The notes under the pieces were generated by a model. The model did not search any database, had not been told where the DNA came from, and saw only the letters and a list, made by a program, of their open reading frames with translations. This document shows, piece by piece, positions 52,131 through 64,000 of a stretch of DNA of 64,000 nucleotides (position 1 is the first letter of the stretch; every line of letters begins with the position of its first letter). Origin of the DNA: Cetorhinus maximus (taxonomy: Eukaryota). The translations under genes and the position numbers were made by a program. The stretch spans positions 66,092,001 through 66,156,000 of the forward strand of contig NC_135892.1 of NCBI RefSeq assembly GCF_964194155.1, read 5' to 3'.

Positions 52131-53279
52131 AGGCACATGAGACTCATGTCAGTTTCATTTAAACAGGGAAGCTGCATTTAATCATGGTGAATTACATTTA
52201 AATTGCATGCAACTGGTCAATTTTGAATATATATGAGGTTCCCGCCACTAATGGGCGAGTTTCCCACCTGCTTACCCCCACCCCCTGCCCATCACTGACA
52301 TGATCGAGAGCAGTTTTCCCACCACTGGGGTTGTGACTCATGGCCTCCTGCGCAATTCTCCAAGCCCGGCCACCATCTTGCCTGTTCCACGTGGCTCCAC
52401 AAAATCCAACCCAGTGGGCTGAATTGTCCGGTCCCATTGGTGACGGGCATTATGGCAAGCTGTTGGGGGGCAATATGATGTGAAGGCCAAATATCGGTTT
52501 TACTCCATCGTGAAACCAATTTGCAATCGTCCGGTCCACCCGGCAATGGCGGGCCACGTTTCCCATCGCTACATACCTAATTTCAGTATATTAGCAACTC
52601 TTTAGAAGCCCTGCTAGCTGGAACCAACCACGTCAAATTTACCGCCCACATTGGCATGACTTCAGAAAAGTGAGCATTCTTCCACAGCTGAAACTGTTCA
52701 GCAGCGGCTCCATTGACATGCTTGGAGTTGGGCCTCTGAAGCTTTTCTGTCCACTCAAGCAATGCAAAAGCATGAAAGTGACATCAAATGTTCCAGAACC
52801 TTTCACCCCTCGGGCACAGACTGCAAATTAATATGTGTTTTAGGGGGGCAGCAGAAAAATTGGACAACTGGGCAAGTTGTAGAATCCCCTTGTGAAAGGT
52901 GGCCATGGCACAGTCACTGGTGGAGGCATTCACAGCCCCTTGCAATGTCTTTGTTAAGGTTTGGACTAGTGTCCATCACAGTTCAAGCTAACAGTGCAGC
53001 CTTGCAGTGCGCATTAGAAGAATGCCTGCGCCTGGACTGAGAGTGCAGCATGCAGTCCAGTGGGCAAAGCTCTGCTAATTGGTCAAGTGGATTGGGGCAG
53101 AGATGGGTGGGGTTTTGGACAGCCAATGAGCACCTACACACTGGCCTTCCGAGTGATGGTCATCACTCTCCTGCATATTTGAAGGGATATTCAGAGTTAA
53201 CCAATAGAGGTTCTTAGGACACATATGTTAACCCACACGTCTCTCTCTTTGATTCTGCAGAAGGAGAACATCAGGACCT

Positions 53280-54030
53280 TGAAGCCTTATGATTTAACAG
53301 TATGCTTCATGACTTACAGAGACCAGAGAAGAGGAAGAAGAGAGCGGCGGAGGTGCCTGGTTTGGCGAAGGGAAGAGCACCTCTTTCAAGGTGAAGGTGC
53401 GGCAGGGCCTGCTCTGCATGCAGCTGAAGATCCACAGTGAGCTGTCACTTGTTGCTGCTTCGCTAGACCCAGGGTCTATAGATGGCACCTGTTTTCCTGC
53501 AGATAACTGAGAACCAGTGTCGCTGAAGACTGCGCATGTCTAGGGAAGTGGTCGGTCACACATGCCACCTGCTGCAGGATTTGGCGCCACGGGAACATGG
53601 GTGGCATCCACTGCCAATGGCTGTGAAAGTGACTGTGATGCTCAATTTTTACACCAGTGGCTCCTTCCAGGGCTCCACAGGTGATCTCTCAAGCCTCCAC
53701 GCACAAGTGGATCCAGGAGCTCACAGATGCTACCTTTGCAAAGGCACAGAGCCTTGTGCATTTCGCCTGGATCAGGAAAGCCAGAAAACAAGAGCGCTGG
53801 GATTTGTGCAGATCTCAGGTGTAGGGCGCCATCAACTGCACTCACGTGGTGCTTAGATCTCCATGGCAACAAGCAGTCAACTATGTCAACCGCAAAGGCT
53901 TCCACCCGCTGAATGTTCAGCAGGTATGTGACCACCACAATCACACAATTCCCAGGGAGCATCCATGACTCCTACATCCTTAGCAGGTCTCAGATCCCTG
54001 ACACCTTCCAGGGTCCAGAGAGGGTGCAGG
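53280..54030 (+). pseudogene. Harbinger B nuclease pseudogene, C-terminal half deleted
   Basis: LRMSREVV..CHLL..HPLPMAVKVT..LNFYTSGSFQ..GD, YVNRKGFHPLNVQQVCD, FPGSIHDSYIL; no GD.G or later motifs seen. Confidence 0.85.
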
Positions 54031-54279
54031 TATCACTAATGTGTCCAGTGAGTGTGAAGCCGAACCATCACTTTGGTCTGAAGGTTACACACTGCACAGG
54101 GAACAGACCCTGTACTTAGACTTAGTCTTGTGCAGTAAGCAAGGCTTCATGTCTGAGTGACATAAACTCTGCTCATCGTAACAAGGAGCCATAAGCAAGG
54201 AGACATTCTTAGGACTTTATTTACAATAGCAAACATTATATACAAGTGATTAACACCCTTGCCCTGGCTGTACAATTAC

Positions 54280-55986
54280 ATCTTCTTAACCTTCCTTATC
54301 CTGCTGCTATGCCTTGGTTCTTCCCTAACATCCACAGCGGAGGTGGAGGCAGCCTGCTGACTGCAGCACCCTGTCTGTGATGATCTTGGCGGGAGTCCTC
54401 TGGAGGGCCCCTACCTGCTTTTGGGGTCCTGCTGTGTGGCAGTGGCACCTTCTTTGGCCTGTTAAGCTGGAGCTGCGAGAGTCACAGGAAGAGGGCATTT
54501 GGATCAGCTGGACATTCCCGGAGTCACCTGCGCGGATGGCCCCTGGGGGTCAAGCTGCTGATCCTCCTCCTTACTGGTGCCTGATGGCCCCTGGCTGACT
54601 CCTTGAGGAAAAGGGGAAGTTGGAATGAGATCGAGCTGCCCGACACCCCTTTCTCGTTGACAATGTTGGAGGCCAACTATGGCCTCAACGATGGAGTTCA
54701 GCCCACGCAGCAGTGCAGGGCCGATGTCCTGGACCAAGGTCTCTATGGTGATCGCCATCCTACCAGTGCTGACCTCGATGCGTTAACATGCCTGCGTATC
54801 ACCTCAGATTGAAGGTGAATGGAGTCCTTCATTGTGCCTCCCAATCTGAGGATTGCAGCGAATATCCCTTCCTGTTATTCCCAAGCTTCCTTTTGCAGCT
54901 CCAGCAACTGAGGTGTGTCAGAGTCCAGAGGCTCCTCATCTGACTCAGACTCAGCAGATGTCTTGCCTCCAGCAGTCCCCTGAGTGCCAGAAACTTGGGA
55001 AGTCCCTGTCGCTGCCTGCTGTGGATCAGACAGTGTGATGTGCTCACCAGATTGTGGTGAGGCTACTCTAGAATTAAGCCCCACCGAGGTGTGTATCTCT
55101 GCACTGGTGGAAGGTGTAGGTGAGCGCTGTGATGAGTCTTCAGTCAGGGTGTCATCAGATTCTTCTTCCGAGATGCCTTCGGGGCTGAGTCAAGGACCTG
55201 GCTTGTGGACCCCCTTGGCTGATTCCCAGATGTGCCTGCGAAAGCAAGGAGAGATAATCAGTGCATGTTAGGGAACTGCAGGACAGGGGAACTGACTCAC
55301 AGCATGGCTGTCTGATGGATGTTGCACTGCTTGATTCTCAATTCGTTGAGCACTGCCAACATCACTGTCAGCAGAGGAACGGTCCAGATCTTTGCCGGCC
55401 AGCTGGATGGCTCAATTATCAAAGTCTGTGAGGACCTTGATGTCGGCCACTCCTCCACCAGCCTGCGACCTCTTCCTTTTGCTGTGTGCTAGCTTGTGCT
55501 GCATGAATCCAGATGGAAGAGTGTAAGCAGGATGCCCGCCAGGCCAGGTGAAAAGGATGCCTGGAATGTGTGGGTGGTGAGTGGTGCCATGGATGGTATG
55601 AACGCACAATCTGCAGGGCAGATGAAAATGTGTGTGAGAGAGTGAATGGTGATGTCCCTTGGAGTGGCAGTGAGTGAGATTCCTGTGGCTGTGTGATGGG
55701 CTTGTGATTGTGTGAGTTTAGAGTGATGAGAAGAGTGACTTAACCTGGCGGAACGGAGGAGATCATGCAGCCTCTTTTGGCACTGGGCGGCAGTCCTCCT
55801 TTGCGGGGTGTTGGCGCTGACCACTGCTGCCACTACCTCCCGGGCTGGATTTGTCATCTTACTTGCTGCTTTTTGGCCTGAGCGGGGGTAGAGGACTTCC
55901 TGGTGGGCCTCCATTGCGTCCAGCAGGCGCCCGAGAGAGGAGTCACTAAATTTGGGGGCAGTATGTTTCCTCCCTTTGGCAGCCAT
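54280..55986 (-). pseudogene. Harbinger B Myb/SANT-like gene (about three exons), disrupted
   Basis: Exon 1 MAAKGRKHTAPKFSD..LL..L.P....EVVAAVVSA....RRTAAQCQKRLHDLLRSAR (to ~55744); exon 2 from 55498 HKLAHSKRKRSQAGGG..LTDF; acidic, coiled-coil-like last exon. Confidence 0.82.
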
Positions 55987-58900
55987 GACTTTCCAGCAGC
56001 TTCCGAAGCCTTACAGAATGCTAGCTCTCTGCAGGGGCACCCTTTAAATAAGGCGCCCAGATTATTGAAGGCCTGAGGTGACGGCGGGGCGGGTGATTCA
56101 GAGGCTACCCCGCTAGTGACCTGGTATGTTTCCTATGAATGCATTGCTAATGGGGCAGTATGCACCATGAATAGGACAGTAATGAGTGAAAAGCCGCCAT
56201 TGCGGCCGGCAGGTAAAATGACTTTTTCACACCCGCTACCGCGCTTAGTACAAATCTGAGACAATTCCGCCAAATGTGTTTACTGCAGGCCCAGGTAAGT
56301 GCTCCTTTGAGTCAGTAATGTACTGTCCCTATGGTGAAGGTTCGGGATAGCATTGAGCATGCTTGGTCTTCATTATGTTCCCATCATAAATAGTTCCTGA
56401 GTCTATACACTCTCCTGCTTCACCATTAAACTCCCAACTGCCCTGGGTCCTAACCATTTTTTTCATCTTTTTCCTTCATTTTCTTCCTTTATCTCCTGAA
56501 GGTGCTGGCTTTTTAAATTAATTATTGCTATTTAAATGAAAAATGGTACCACATGCACTGGATCTACAAATGACTGCAATAGCTTTTTAAACCATTTCTA
56601 TTGTAAAATATGGGAACAAAGCCTCAGAAAAAATCAGTGCCTGGTGCCTGTGTGTGAATCTCAACTGCTTGTAGATGTAAAGTGCAATTTTGCCTGGCTG
56701 GTTGAGAAAAGAAAACGTTGCACCCATACCGCCTCCACCCCCAATACCCTAACCCCCCAATACCCCAACAACACCCACCATTATTTTCACTAGCCATTTT
56801 GCACACATTTGGCAGAGCTTGATGTGGTTTGGCTCTTTGGAATCAAAGTCACCCAAAATCTTCAGTCCTTTGTTTTATTTGGGGTATTTGGGCAAAAGGG
56901 CAAGCAGAGTAAACAGCATATGCCCCTTAACCACTTGATTCTCACTTTGCATTTAATTTGATCTCTGTATCCTGCTGCAGCATGTAAGTTTCTTCGTACC
57001 AAGCCAAAGAGGATCTTTGCTATGACTTCAGTCATTTGAAATCCCCGTTTGTAATTGCCACAAGACCCCCTTCTGCAAAACCTGCTATTTTACTGCTGAT
57101 ACTATGGGTAATCCAATTTTTTGTGATCTCCAATTTTATTTGATTGACAAATTAATTAATCACCATATTTTGCTCATTTACTTCATTGAAGCCTTCGGAT
57201 TGAATAAGTGTCTTTTATGAAGGAGGCCCTAATGAGCAGCAGGGTTGAGCTGCCTCCATGTGCACCATTCCTAATTATCAGCCATCAGGAGGAGAGCCAC
57301 CCAAACCTCCTCGCACGCATATCCTGACACCAAGTTATAAACTGACATTTGCAGGGGGAATGTTCTATGGGTACTGCACACAGTGGGCAGATTTAATGCC
57401 ACCAAGGCGGGTTCGGAGGCGGGGGGTGCATTTAATCAGGTGGGAGGATGACAGATGGTGACCCTGTCACCTTCCCTCCTCTGTCCCGATTAAATCCGGA
57501 GCAGGAAAGCTCATGTACGTTTACCACCCCACCCCACTGCCAACTGAGGTCCTTGTGGGCAATTATTGCTCACTTAAGGGCCTCATCCCACCACTGCTGG
57601 CTCTGAAGCCAGCACCCACTGCCCTTGCTCCTGACCCTCCTCTGTTGTAACCCCCACTCTGAGATCCCCATTCCGGCCTCATTCACCTGTGGCCTGAGTC
57701 CCTTGGCGATCCTGGACTCTGGGGGGTGCATTGCTGGCAGATACCACTGCTCTCGCTGGCAATTCCTATAATGTACAGTTTCCGACTTCTAATTAGCCAG
57801 CAGCTCTCAGGGGGTGGGACATCTGCCCCCAAGGTCCTTGATCCTGGGTAAGGCCTGCTGGTGTCCATGTAAGTGCCTGATGGGCACTTAATTCGACAGG
57901 CCTTCCTGAAAGGAGGTGATGAGGGACTCTTGCCAGCTCTGCAGCCAGCAGGCAAGACCCTCCATTGCCTGTGTTAAATACCACCCTGTTTTACTGTCAC
58001 CTTGTCCCAATATGCTACATTTCTATTCTTTGGAAACGATTCCCTGGAATCCACAATGGCCACTTTCCTTGAAGTGGGCAAAAACCCTTTCAATTCCAGC
58101 TGTAGTTCCTTAAAGATTCCAGCAGGAAATTAAATCCAATCCGGGAATTTGTAAACGGGCCCAGCTTGTCTTATCACTTCTGCAGGAGGTGAGGAAAGAG
58201 CTGGACACTGTTCTGTCTCAAACAGATTGAGCAATGGTGCTTTGTGCCAGTCCAACAATCAAGGCACAGTTTGGGGCCCCTCCCTGATGTTTCAGCTTCT
58301 TGCTCATCCATTCTACACCAACAAGACCAATTCTGCTGAAATCCACCTGAGTGTCTACGTAGACCATGAATATATATGTGCAGTATGACATAGCAGAACA
58401 TATCATAGGTGAGCAAACATATGAGCAGTGCAAGGAGTTAATTATATTTCCAATGATACTGCATCTATTTTTACACAACTATTTAAACAAACTCATATGT
58501 TAGGATTAAATAGATGTGACAGCACTACCGCACTTCTATTTAGACAACTCACAGGGTGTAAACATGGCACATCAATAAAGATATCAAATCTTCAATCCAT
58601 TTTTCTCTTTTCCTATTCACCTAGCACTAGCTGCTCAGGTCTGTCTTTACATAATTATTCACCTCAGTCTTTACTGATTATTGACTTATTTTTCTCTCTG
58701 AGTTATTTACCTTCTGTTGGCTTTCCTCCAGACAAGGCGTTTGAGCAGTATTTATTTTAAGACAGCATCATTAAAATTCCAGCAGAAGTGCAGTGCAAGC
58801 TTAAAACAAGCCAGAGTTCAAATCTGGTCTATATGCTGGTGTATTTAGAATTATTACCAACAGGCTAATCAAGTTATCAACAAGTCTAATCATGCAGTAG

Positions 58901-59119
58901 GATTCATCTCAAGGGCATTTTATTAAAAGTTCAAACAAGTTATTTTAACCATGGGGCCACAGTTGATATATTAGCTGTAATTCCATCATCTGCACTCCCA
59001 GGGGATAGAGCTACAACATCGAAGCCTGATTCTCTGACCCATGACCATATGCAGTTTTGAGCACCCTACTTAGAAGAGGACATTGATGTATTATAGAAGG
59101 TTAGAGAAGGTTGACCTCA

Positions 59120-59392
59120 GGCCCGAAACTCCATGAAAATGGAAAAACACTTTTAAAGCAATGTATGGGCAGGGGCAGAATTGGGCTGGGAAAAGTTACA
59201 CCTCTTCATTCGCCCATTAAAAATGCTAGCTAGGAAATTCAGACATAGCTTGAGAGCGGGGTGAACACTTACGGCCGAAAAAATGGGGGCAGGTGTATTG
59301 TATCAGTTTTTCCTGTCAATTTGTGCCCTGAAGACAAAGTCAATGTGGCACACTGTCAATTTCCAGCGCAAAAGGTCGTGGAAATTCGGCTG
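59120..59392. mobile_element. Small MITE adjoining a CR1 remnant
   Basis: Imperfect TIR GCCCGAAACTCCA / TGGAAATTCGGCT with TCA on both flanks. Confidence 0.5.
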
Positions 59393-60333
59393 TCAATGTT
59401 CTCCTTGCTCTCAAGCTATGTCTGGATTTCCTAGCGAGCACCAAACATCTCCCTGTTTATTAACACCTCCATACAAAAGAACATAAGCACAAATTTCCTG
59501 TATTTACACGGGCTCAGCAACATTGTAGCTTTGCAGTCAACATTTTAAATGTATAAACCTTCTTGGAATACACACTCTTTTCAGAGAAATTGATAAATGC
59601 AACCCCTATTCTGGAATTCACACGGTTCCAATTTCTATAGGCTGTTTATGTTATTGATAGCAGTTACAGATAGAAAAAAAACAGTGCAGTCTAAACACTC
59701 ATAGCATTATTAATAACAATGTTTTATAATTTCTAAAAATAGATTGCAATTAATATTCTGATTAAGGGTACTGCCGAATTCCCAAATGACTTTTATTTTA
59801 CTCTAAGCAGTTCAGCAATCCCTTCTTAATCAAAACATAATTAGACATGTCAAGCCTAGGTTGTCATGTGCAGAGCTCAGAGTAAAAACAGTCCTAATTT
59901 CAGTCCTTGTGAAATTGTAAATGTGTAAACATGTGTCAATTATTTACAGCAATTTAATACTAACAAATATGGATGTGTTTTAATCAATTAAATAATTCAT
60001 CTTCAACAGAGAAAAAGTTGATTATAATATTTTGTATTTTATATCCAGATATAAAAACCATGGCTTGGGTTTTGCCAGGCCCAGGCTGACAGGTGGGAGG
60101 CAGGTAGGCCAGTAAAATGCCAGGGAGCCACATCAGGATGGCTCCCTGATGCAGTCACGCCTCTAGAGAATTTTCCCAATGCTGGGAGTAGCAGTGGCTG
60201 GAGGTAGGCGGGCAGGCAGGAAATTTGAATAGTTAAAGGCTAATTAAGGGACATTTTCCTGTGCTGCTGGCATCTTAGCATTCCCTTCAATCGCCCCCAC
60301 CTCTCCCGCTGCATGTAAAAGCTACCAGCTTCA

Positions 60334-60690
60334 ATATTGCTGAAAAAAGAGACACGTATAAGCTTTTCATCTTGCACTCATCAGGACAGTTTGCAAGAAT
60401 ACCAATATAAGGCGAAAACAACAATTTATACTGTATGTGAAGAGAGTGCTAATTGATTGGCAGGTGGACTCTGATTGGTAGTGGCGTTGCCATGGAGAAT
60501 GCACCAATGCTGATGACTGATAGTTAACTGCCATTTAAACCAGCCAGCTTGACCCTGATTGGTCAAGACATTACCCTGAGGAATGAGTCAGCAAATGGCT
60601 GTCACTTATTTTGTTTAGCTGAAACAGGTGCAATGTGTGTACATGTTCTTCCTGTCTGCAAAGAACAGGGCCCTGTGTATTAATATATGT
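60334..60690 (-). mobile_element. Second Penelope-like family 3' end with minimal hammerhead ribozyme
   Basis: 14-bp direct repeat AGCTACCAGCTTCA (60320-60333 / 60691-60704); minus strand CTGATGA-gtgcaagat-GAAA-AGCT-TA at 60384-60359. Confidence 0.75.
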
Positions 60691-60872
60691 AGCTACCAGC
60701 TTCATGGAGGTGGCCTCCTGGAGGGGGCCATCAACAGCAAAGGCCGACCCCTTGGCACTGCTGCCACCACTGGAGGCATTTCCCCTCCAATCGGCAGGGC
60801 CCTGGCCGAAAAAAAAAACAATTTTCTTCCACTCCAGCAAGGGCACCTCAAAATGGAGGCATGCTTGTGTTT

Positions 60873-61085
60873 CATAGGAAATAGAAGAAGGATTAGGTCA
60901 TTCAGCCCATCGAGCCTGCCTCTTTTGAACATACTCAATGACTGAACCTCCATAGCCTCCTGAAGTAGAGAACTCCAAAGATTTACCACCTTCAGAGTGA
61001 AAATTGCTCCTCATCTCAATCCTAAATGGTTTATCTCTTATTCTGAAACGGTGCCCCCTGGTTCTAGACTCGACCAGCCAGGGGA
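60873..61085 (-). mobile_element. CR1 3' end fragment
   Basis: cataggaaatagaag..taggtcattcagcccatcgagcctgc matches the CR1 ends at 12176 and 35915. Confidence 0.8.
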
Positions 61086-62329
61086 AACAGCAGCAGCCAC
61101 TGATCTCTCACCTGCCGTTTCTTGTATGCCTCATTCCGGCAAAATTGTGGGGGGAGTTTGTCCTCCTGCCCGAGATGCCTAGCCACCCGAAAAACTCCCT
61201 GTCATTGGGATGTCTTCCTTTCTGAGAAAATCCCGCCCATTGCGTTAATGCCACAATATCAAAGCTTTTTTTAAAAATGTATTTGTCATTTATCATCCAC
61301 TCAAAGATCACCATTACAATTCAAGCACCGCACTAAATTAAAGGCTACTTAACAAATTATGTTGCACATGAAAATTAAAGTGAAAATAGAGCTGCTGCTG
61401 AAAACAAAACTGGACATGAGCTTTAGAGAAGTGTCTTTGGCCAAAAATGCCTGATGACAACACTCTGTCAAATGAACAAGTCACCTTTTAGCTCCATTTT
61501 CAGCATCTGTCAAAGTTTATGTGGAATTAGTAGGGTCATTTCTTCCAGAATAAAGTTAGGAGAAAAGACAAAAGAGAATCCAATTTGAAGGGAATGACAA
61601 TAGAACAAAGGAATGTGAAGCATGTTCATTTTGGGGCTTATGAAAACCTTTAACCTTTCTATTCTCATTTTTTCTTTAAATAGTGCATTATCCACTTAAT
61701 GATTTGCCACTGTTCCTGTTTTTACTTTATTGAGTTTGGCTTCTCATCCAGCAACGTTTTGGTGAACTGCTAAATGCATAGTAACCTTCCGGTTGTGACC
61801 ACAGTAAAGAATCTAGCTTCCTGAAAACTATTTAAAAGGCATTTCCTTAAGAGCAATGAGAAATAAATTGACGGGAAAGGTGATGTTTAAAATTATTTAT
61901 AAAGTGAGGGTGTTCACATCTAAGAGACTAATTTATGTTGTTAATGGTGCATTTGATTCTAATGAGATCATTGACTATATATAACAGCCAGAGACGCTGC
62001 GTATCTGTTGATAATCAATGATCTCTTTCAAAAATCTAATAGTGCCTCCACTTCTACTCAAAATGAGGCTGCAGTGCTGACATATTTTGTGCATGGTCCT
62101 TTCTGTGACTTTTGCTTCACAGAATGTGGAAAATATTAAACAATGGCACATCCCAATATGTAGTGTACATTGGCACTTTAAATTTTACAGTAACTGGAAG
62201 TGAAAGTACAGATCAGTTCAGGAGGAAGCTGAGTTAAAAAATAATCGCACAAAAAAGAAAGGGAACAATTTGAAAGGAGGCCAGGCAATCAGGCACACTG
62301 AACAACAGATTAACTGACAATTATCACAT

Positions 62330-62435
62330 TTTGTGCACACCGCCACACCACCAACTTCTGAAAGGCAATTCGGGATGGGCAATAAACGCTGGACGTGCCA
62401 GCAACACCCACATCCCATGAAAAAAAATAATAAAT
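62330..62435 (+). mobile_element. Tail of second LINE family / partner SINE
   Basis: ggcaattcgggatgggcaataaacgctgg..cccacatcccatgaaaaaaaataa is the reverse complement of the 17765-17830-type tail. Confidence 0.7.
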
Positions 62436-63947
62436 GGGGGGATCTAGCTGTGCACATATTACAGTACAATGCTGACTATACTTCAAAAAAATGCTTCATT
62501 AGCTGTAAAGTGCTTTGGGATACCTTTAAGACTTTAAATAAATGCAAGTCTTTTTTTCCTTCATTATCTGTAAGACTTGACTTTAGCACAAAGCATAGAA
62601 AACCACCAACATTTCGCTGGGCTGCAATAAATTTACCCCAGTTTCTTTCAGCTGTTCTGTAAGAGTTTCTTGGAGAGTTTCTGAATGTTTTGTCCCTGTT
62701 AAAATGGTTTCATGGGCATGCTGCTGCTTGGAAACAACATAGTGGCTTTTCAATAGACCTCCCATTCTTGTTTTTAATCTATATTTCCAAAAATGGGAAA
62801 GTTGTTCTGATCTTTCTTTCTCCTGTTTCACAATAGCTCCATATGTACTTTGAAAATTGATGGGTTGATTTAAAACAGCATTATGTACAATAAACTTCTA
62901 ATCAACTATAAAAATATGGCATCAGTTGAAAAAAAATGAAGCCTAAAACAGCCAAATATTTTCGTTAGAATTTTTGGTATGAGGTGTTTGTTTTGAAACT
63001 ACAGATATTGTACTGCTACTTGGAATTTTATTATAGAGAAAATTCACTTTTGAAACACATTTGCAGCAAAGACTTTTGAATATAGTTTGTGTCCCTCGAC
63101 CCACTCCATGTTCACCATCTAATTGGCCCCTACAGAATTTCTGGGCTAAGATGATTTCAAGGGTTCAAGTTCCAACGGAGACAAAGTTGGACATTGCTTC
63201 AGCCATTTCTCAGGCATGAAATGGGGCAAAAGGTTTTAATTTTGTGGGGCTATGTCCTGTGCCTCAAGTGCACCTGAAAGATGTCCAATGCCGTACAGGC
63301 TGGAATGATATTTGGAAGCCCGTGGTAGCTGTCTCAAAGAAACACTGCATCTTTTGCACATGCATGTGGGATAGATAGACCCAGTGGAGTCTTGTTGATT
63401 ACCTTTGGAGGTGAGGGCCGAAGAAATTAAGCAGATCTTTCCCTCAGAACATTGTCATTGAACATGTTTTCACTGACTTTTTATCTACTTTCAGAACAGC
63501 AAATAAAATTCCATAAAATTCCTCGCATGGCCTTCCCACCTGCCTCCCTCCGGCCCTGACCTCTCTGCAGTTTTATGGTGGGATGAGCGAGGCCTAGGCT
63601 GGCCCGCTTGCCCTTGCCCCAATTGAGGCCCATAAATGGCCAATTAATGACCATTTAAGAGCCTTTTCCCACCCAGCCTCAATTTTCAGGCTGGCAGAAG
63701 AAGTTCAAGGGTGCAGGGAAGCCTGGAAAGTGACCCTACCCAGGCCTTGGGTGGGAAGTTGGTGAGGGGTGGGGGGCACTGCCATCAACTGCCTTTCAAC
63801 TTTGGGCACCCTCTCCCACAAGATCTGGCCCCTGGGGGTGCTCCCTCTCCTCCAGCCTTTCCACCAACACCCGCATCGTGCCCATTCCCTTGGGCTTCAC
63901 CTCCCCTCCCTACTGTGAGACCGCCCACATCTACCTGAAGAAGAAGA

Positions 63948-64000
63948 AGAGTCTGATGAAGAGTCATACAGACTCGAAACATTAACTCTGTTTCTCTCTC
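63948..64000 (+). ncRNA. Minimal type I hammerhead ribozyme motif of a Penelope-like tail (runs off the window)
   Basis: AGAGT-CTGATGA(63953-59)-a-GAGTC-ataca-GACTC-GAAAC-ATT-a-ACTCT: canonical core, perfect 5-bp stem II, complementary stem I flanks. Confidence 0.75.

Larger units (their letters stand above)
44499..52412. mobile_element. PIF/Harbinger element A (Myb gene +, nuclease gene -) with nested insertions
   Basis: TIRs GGGCTCGATTTTGT / ACAAAATCCAACCC, flanks aat/agt; both genes recognisable and convergent. Confidence 0.85.
52416..56272. mobile_element. PIF/Harbinger element B (nuclease +, Myb gene -)
   Basis: TIRs GGGCTGAATTGTCC / AGACAATTCCGCCA, flanks agt/aat; convergent genes; CpG-rich subterminal regions. 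Confidence 0.87.
60062..61238. mobile_element. Degraded MITE hosting Penelope-like and CR1 inserts
   Basis: Ends ggcttgggtttt / aaaatcccgccc; GC-rich interior similar to the other MITE relics. Confidence 0.5.

Overview
This is vertebrate nuclear DNA, probably from a cartilaginous fish (inferred from the repeat complement, not verified). It contains the last two coding exons of DUSP10/MKP5 on the + strand (26181-26549 and 33340-33605) and a ~1 kb 3'UTR with AATAAA at 34577. Bases 1-26180 are the distal part of the long upstream intron, and everything after ~34600 is intergenic. The rest is a layered transposon record. It includes CR1 LINEs (one near full length, one young), other LINE fragments with a tail-sharing tRNA-SINE, a solo LTR, several PIF/Harbinger elements (DDE nuclease plus intron-containing Myb/SANT gene) and related MITEs. 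Three observations stand out. (1) At least six Penelope-like 3'-end inserts occur, five with recognisable minimal hammerhead-ribozyme cores; three of the six are fold-back palindromes with 11-17 bp target duplications, and two have a non-canonical CUGUUGA core. (2) Two distinct Harbinger elements sit back to back, only 3 bp apart. (3) There are candidate RFX/NF-Y/CRE regulatory modules in the DUSP10 intron. Most short ORFs in the supplied track are spurious or transposon debris. Boundaries of degraded repeats are approximate.
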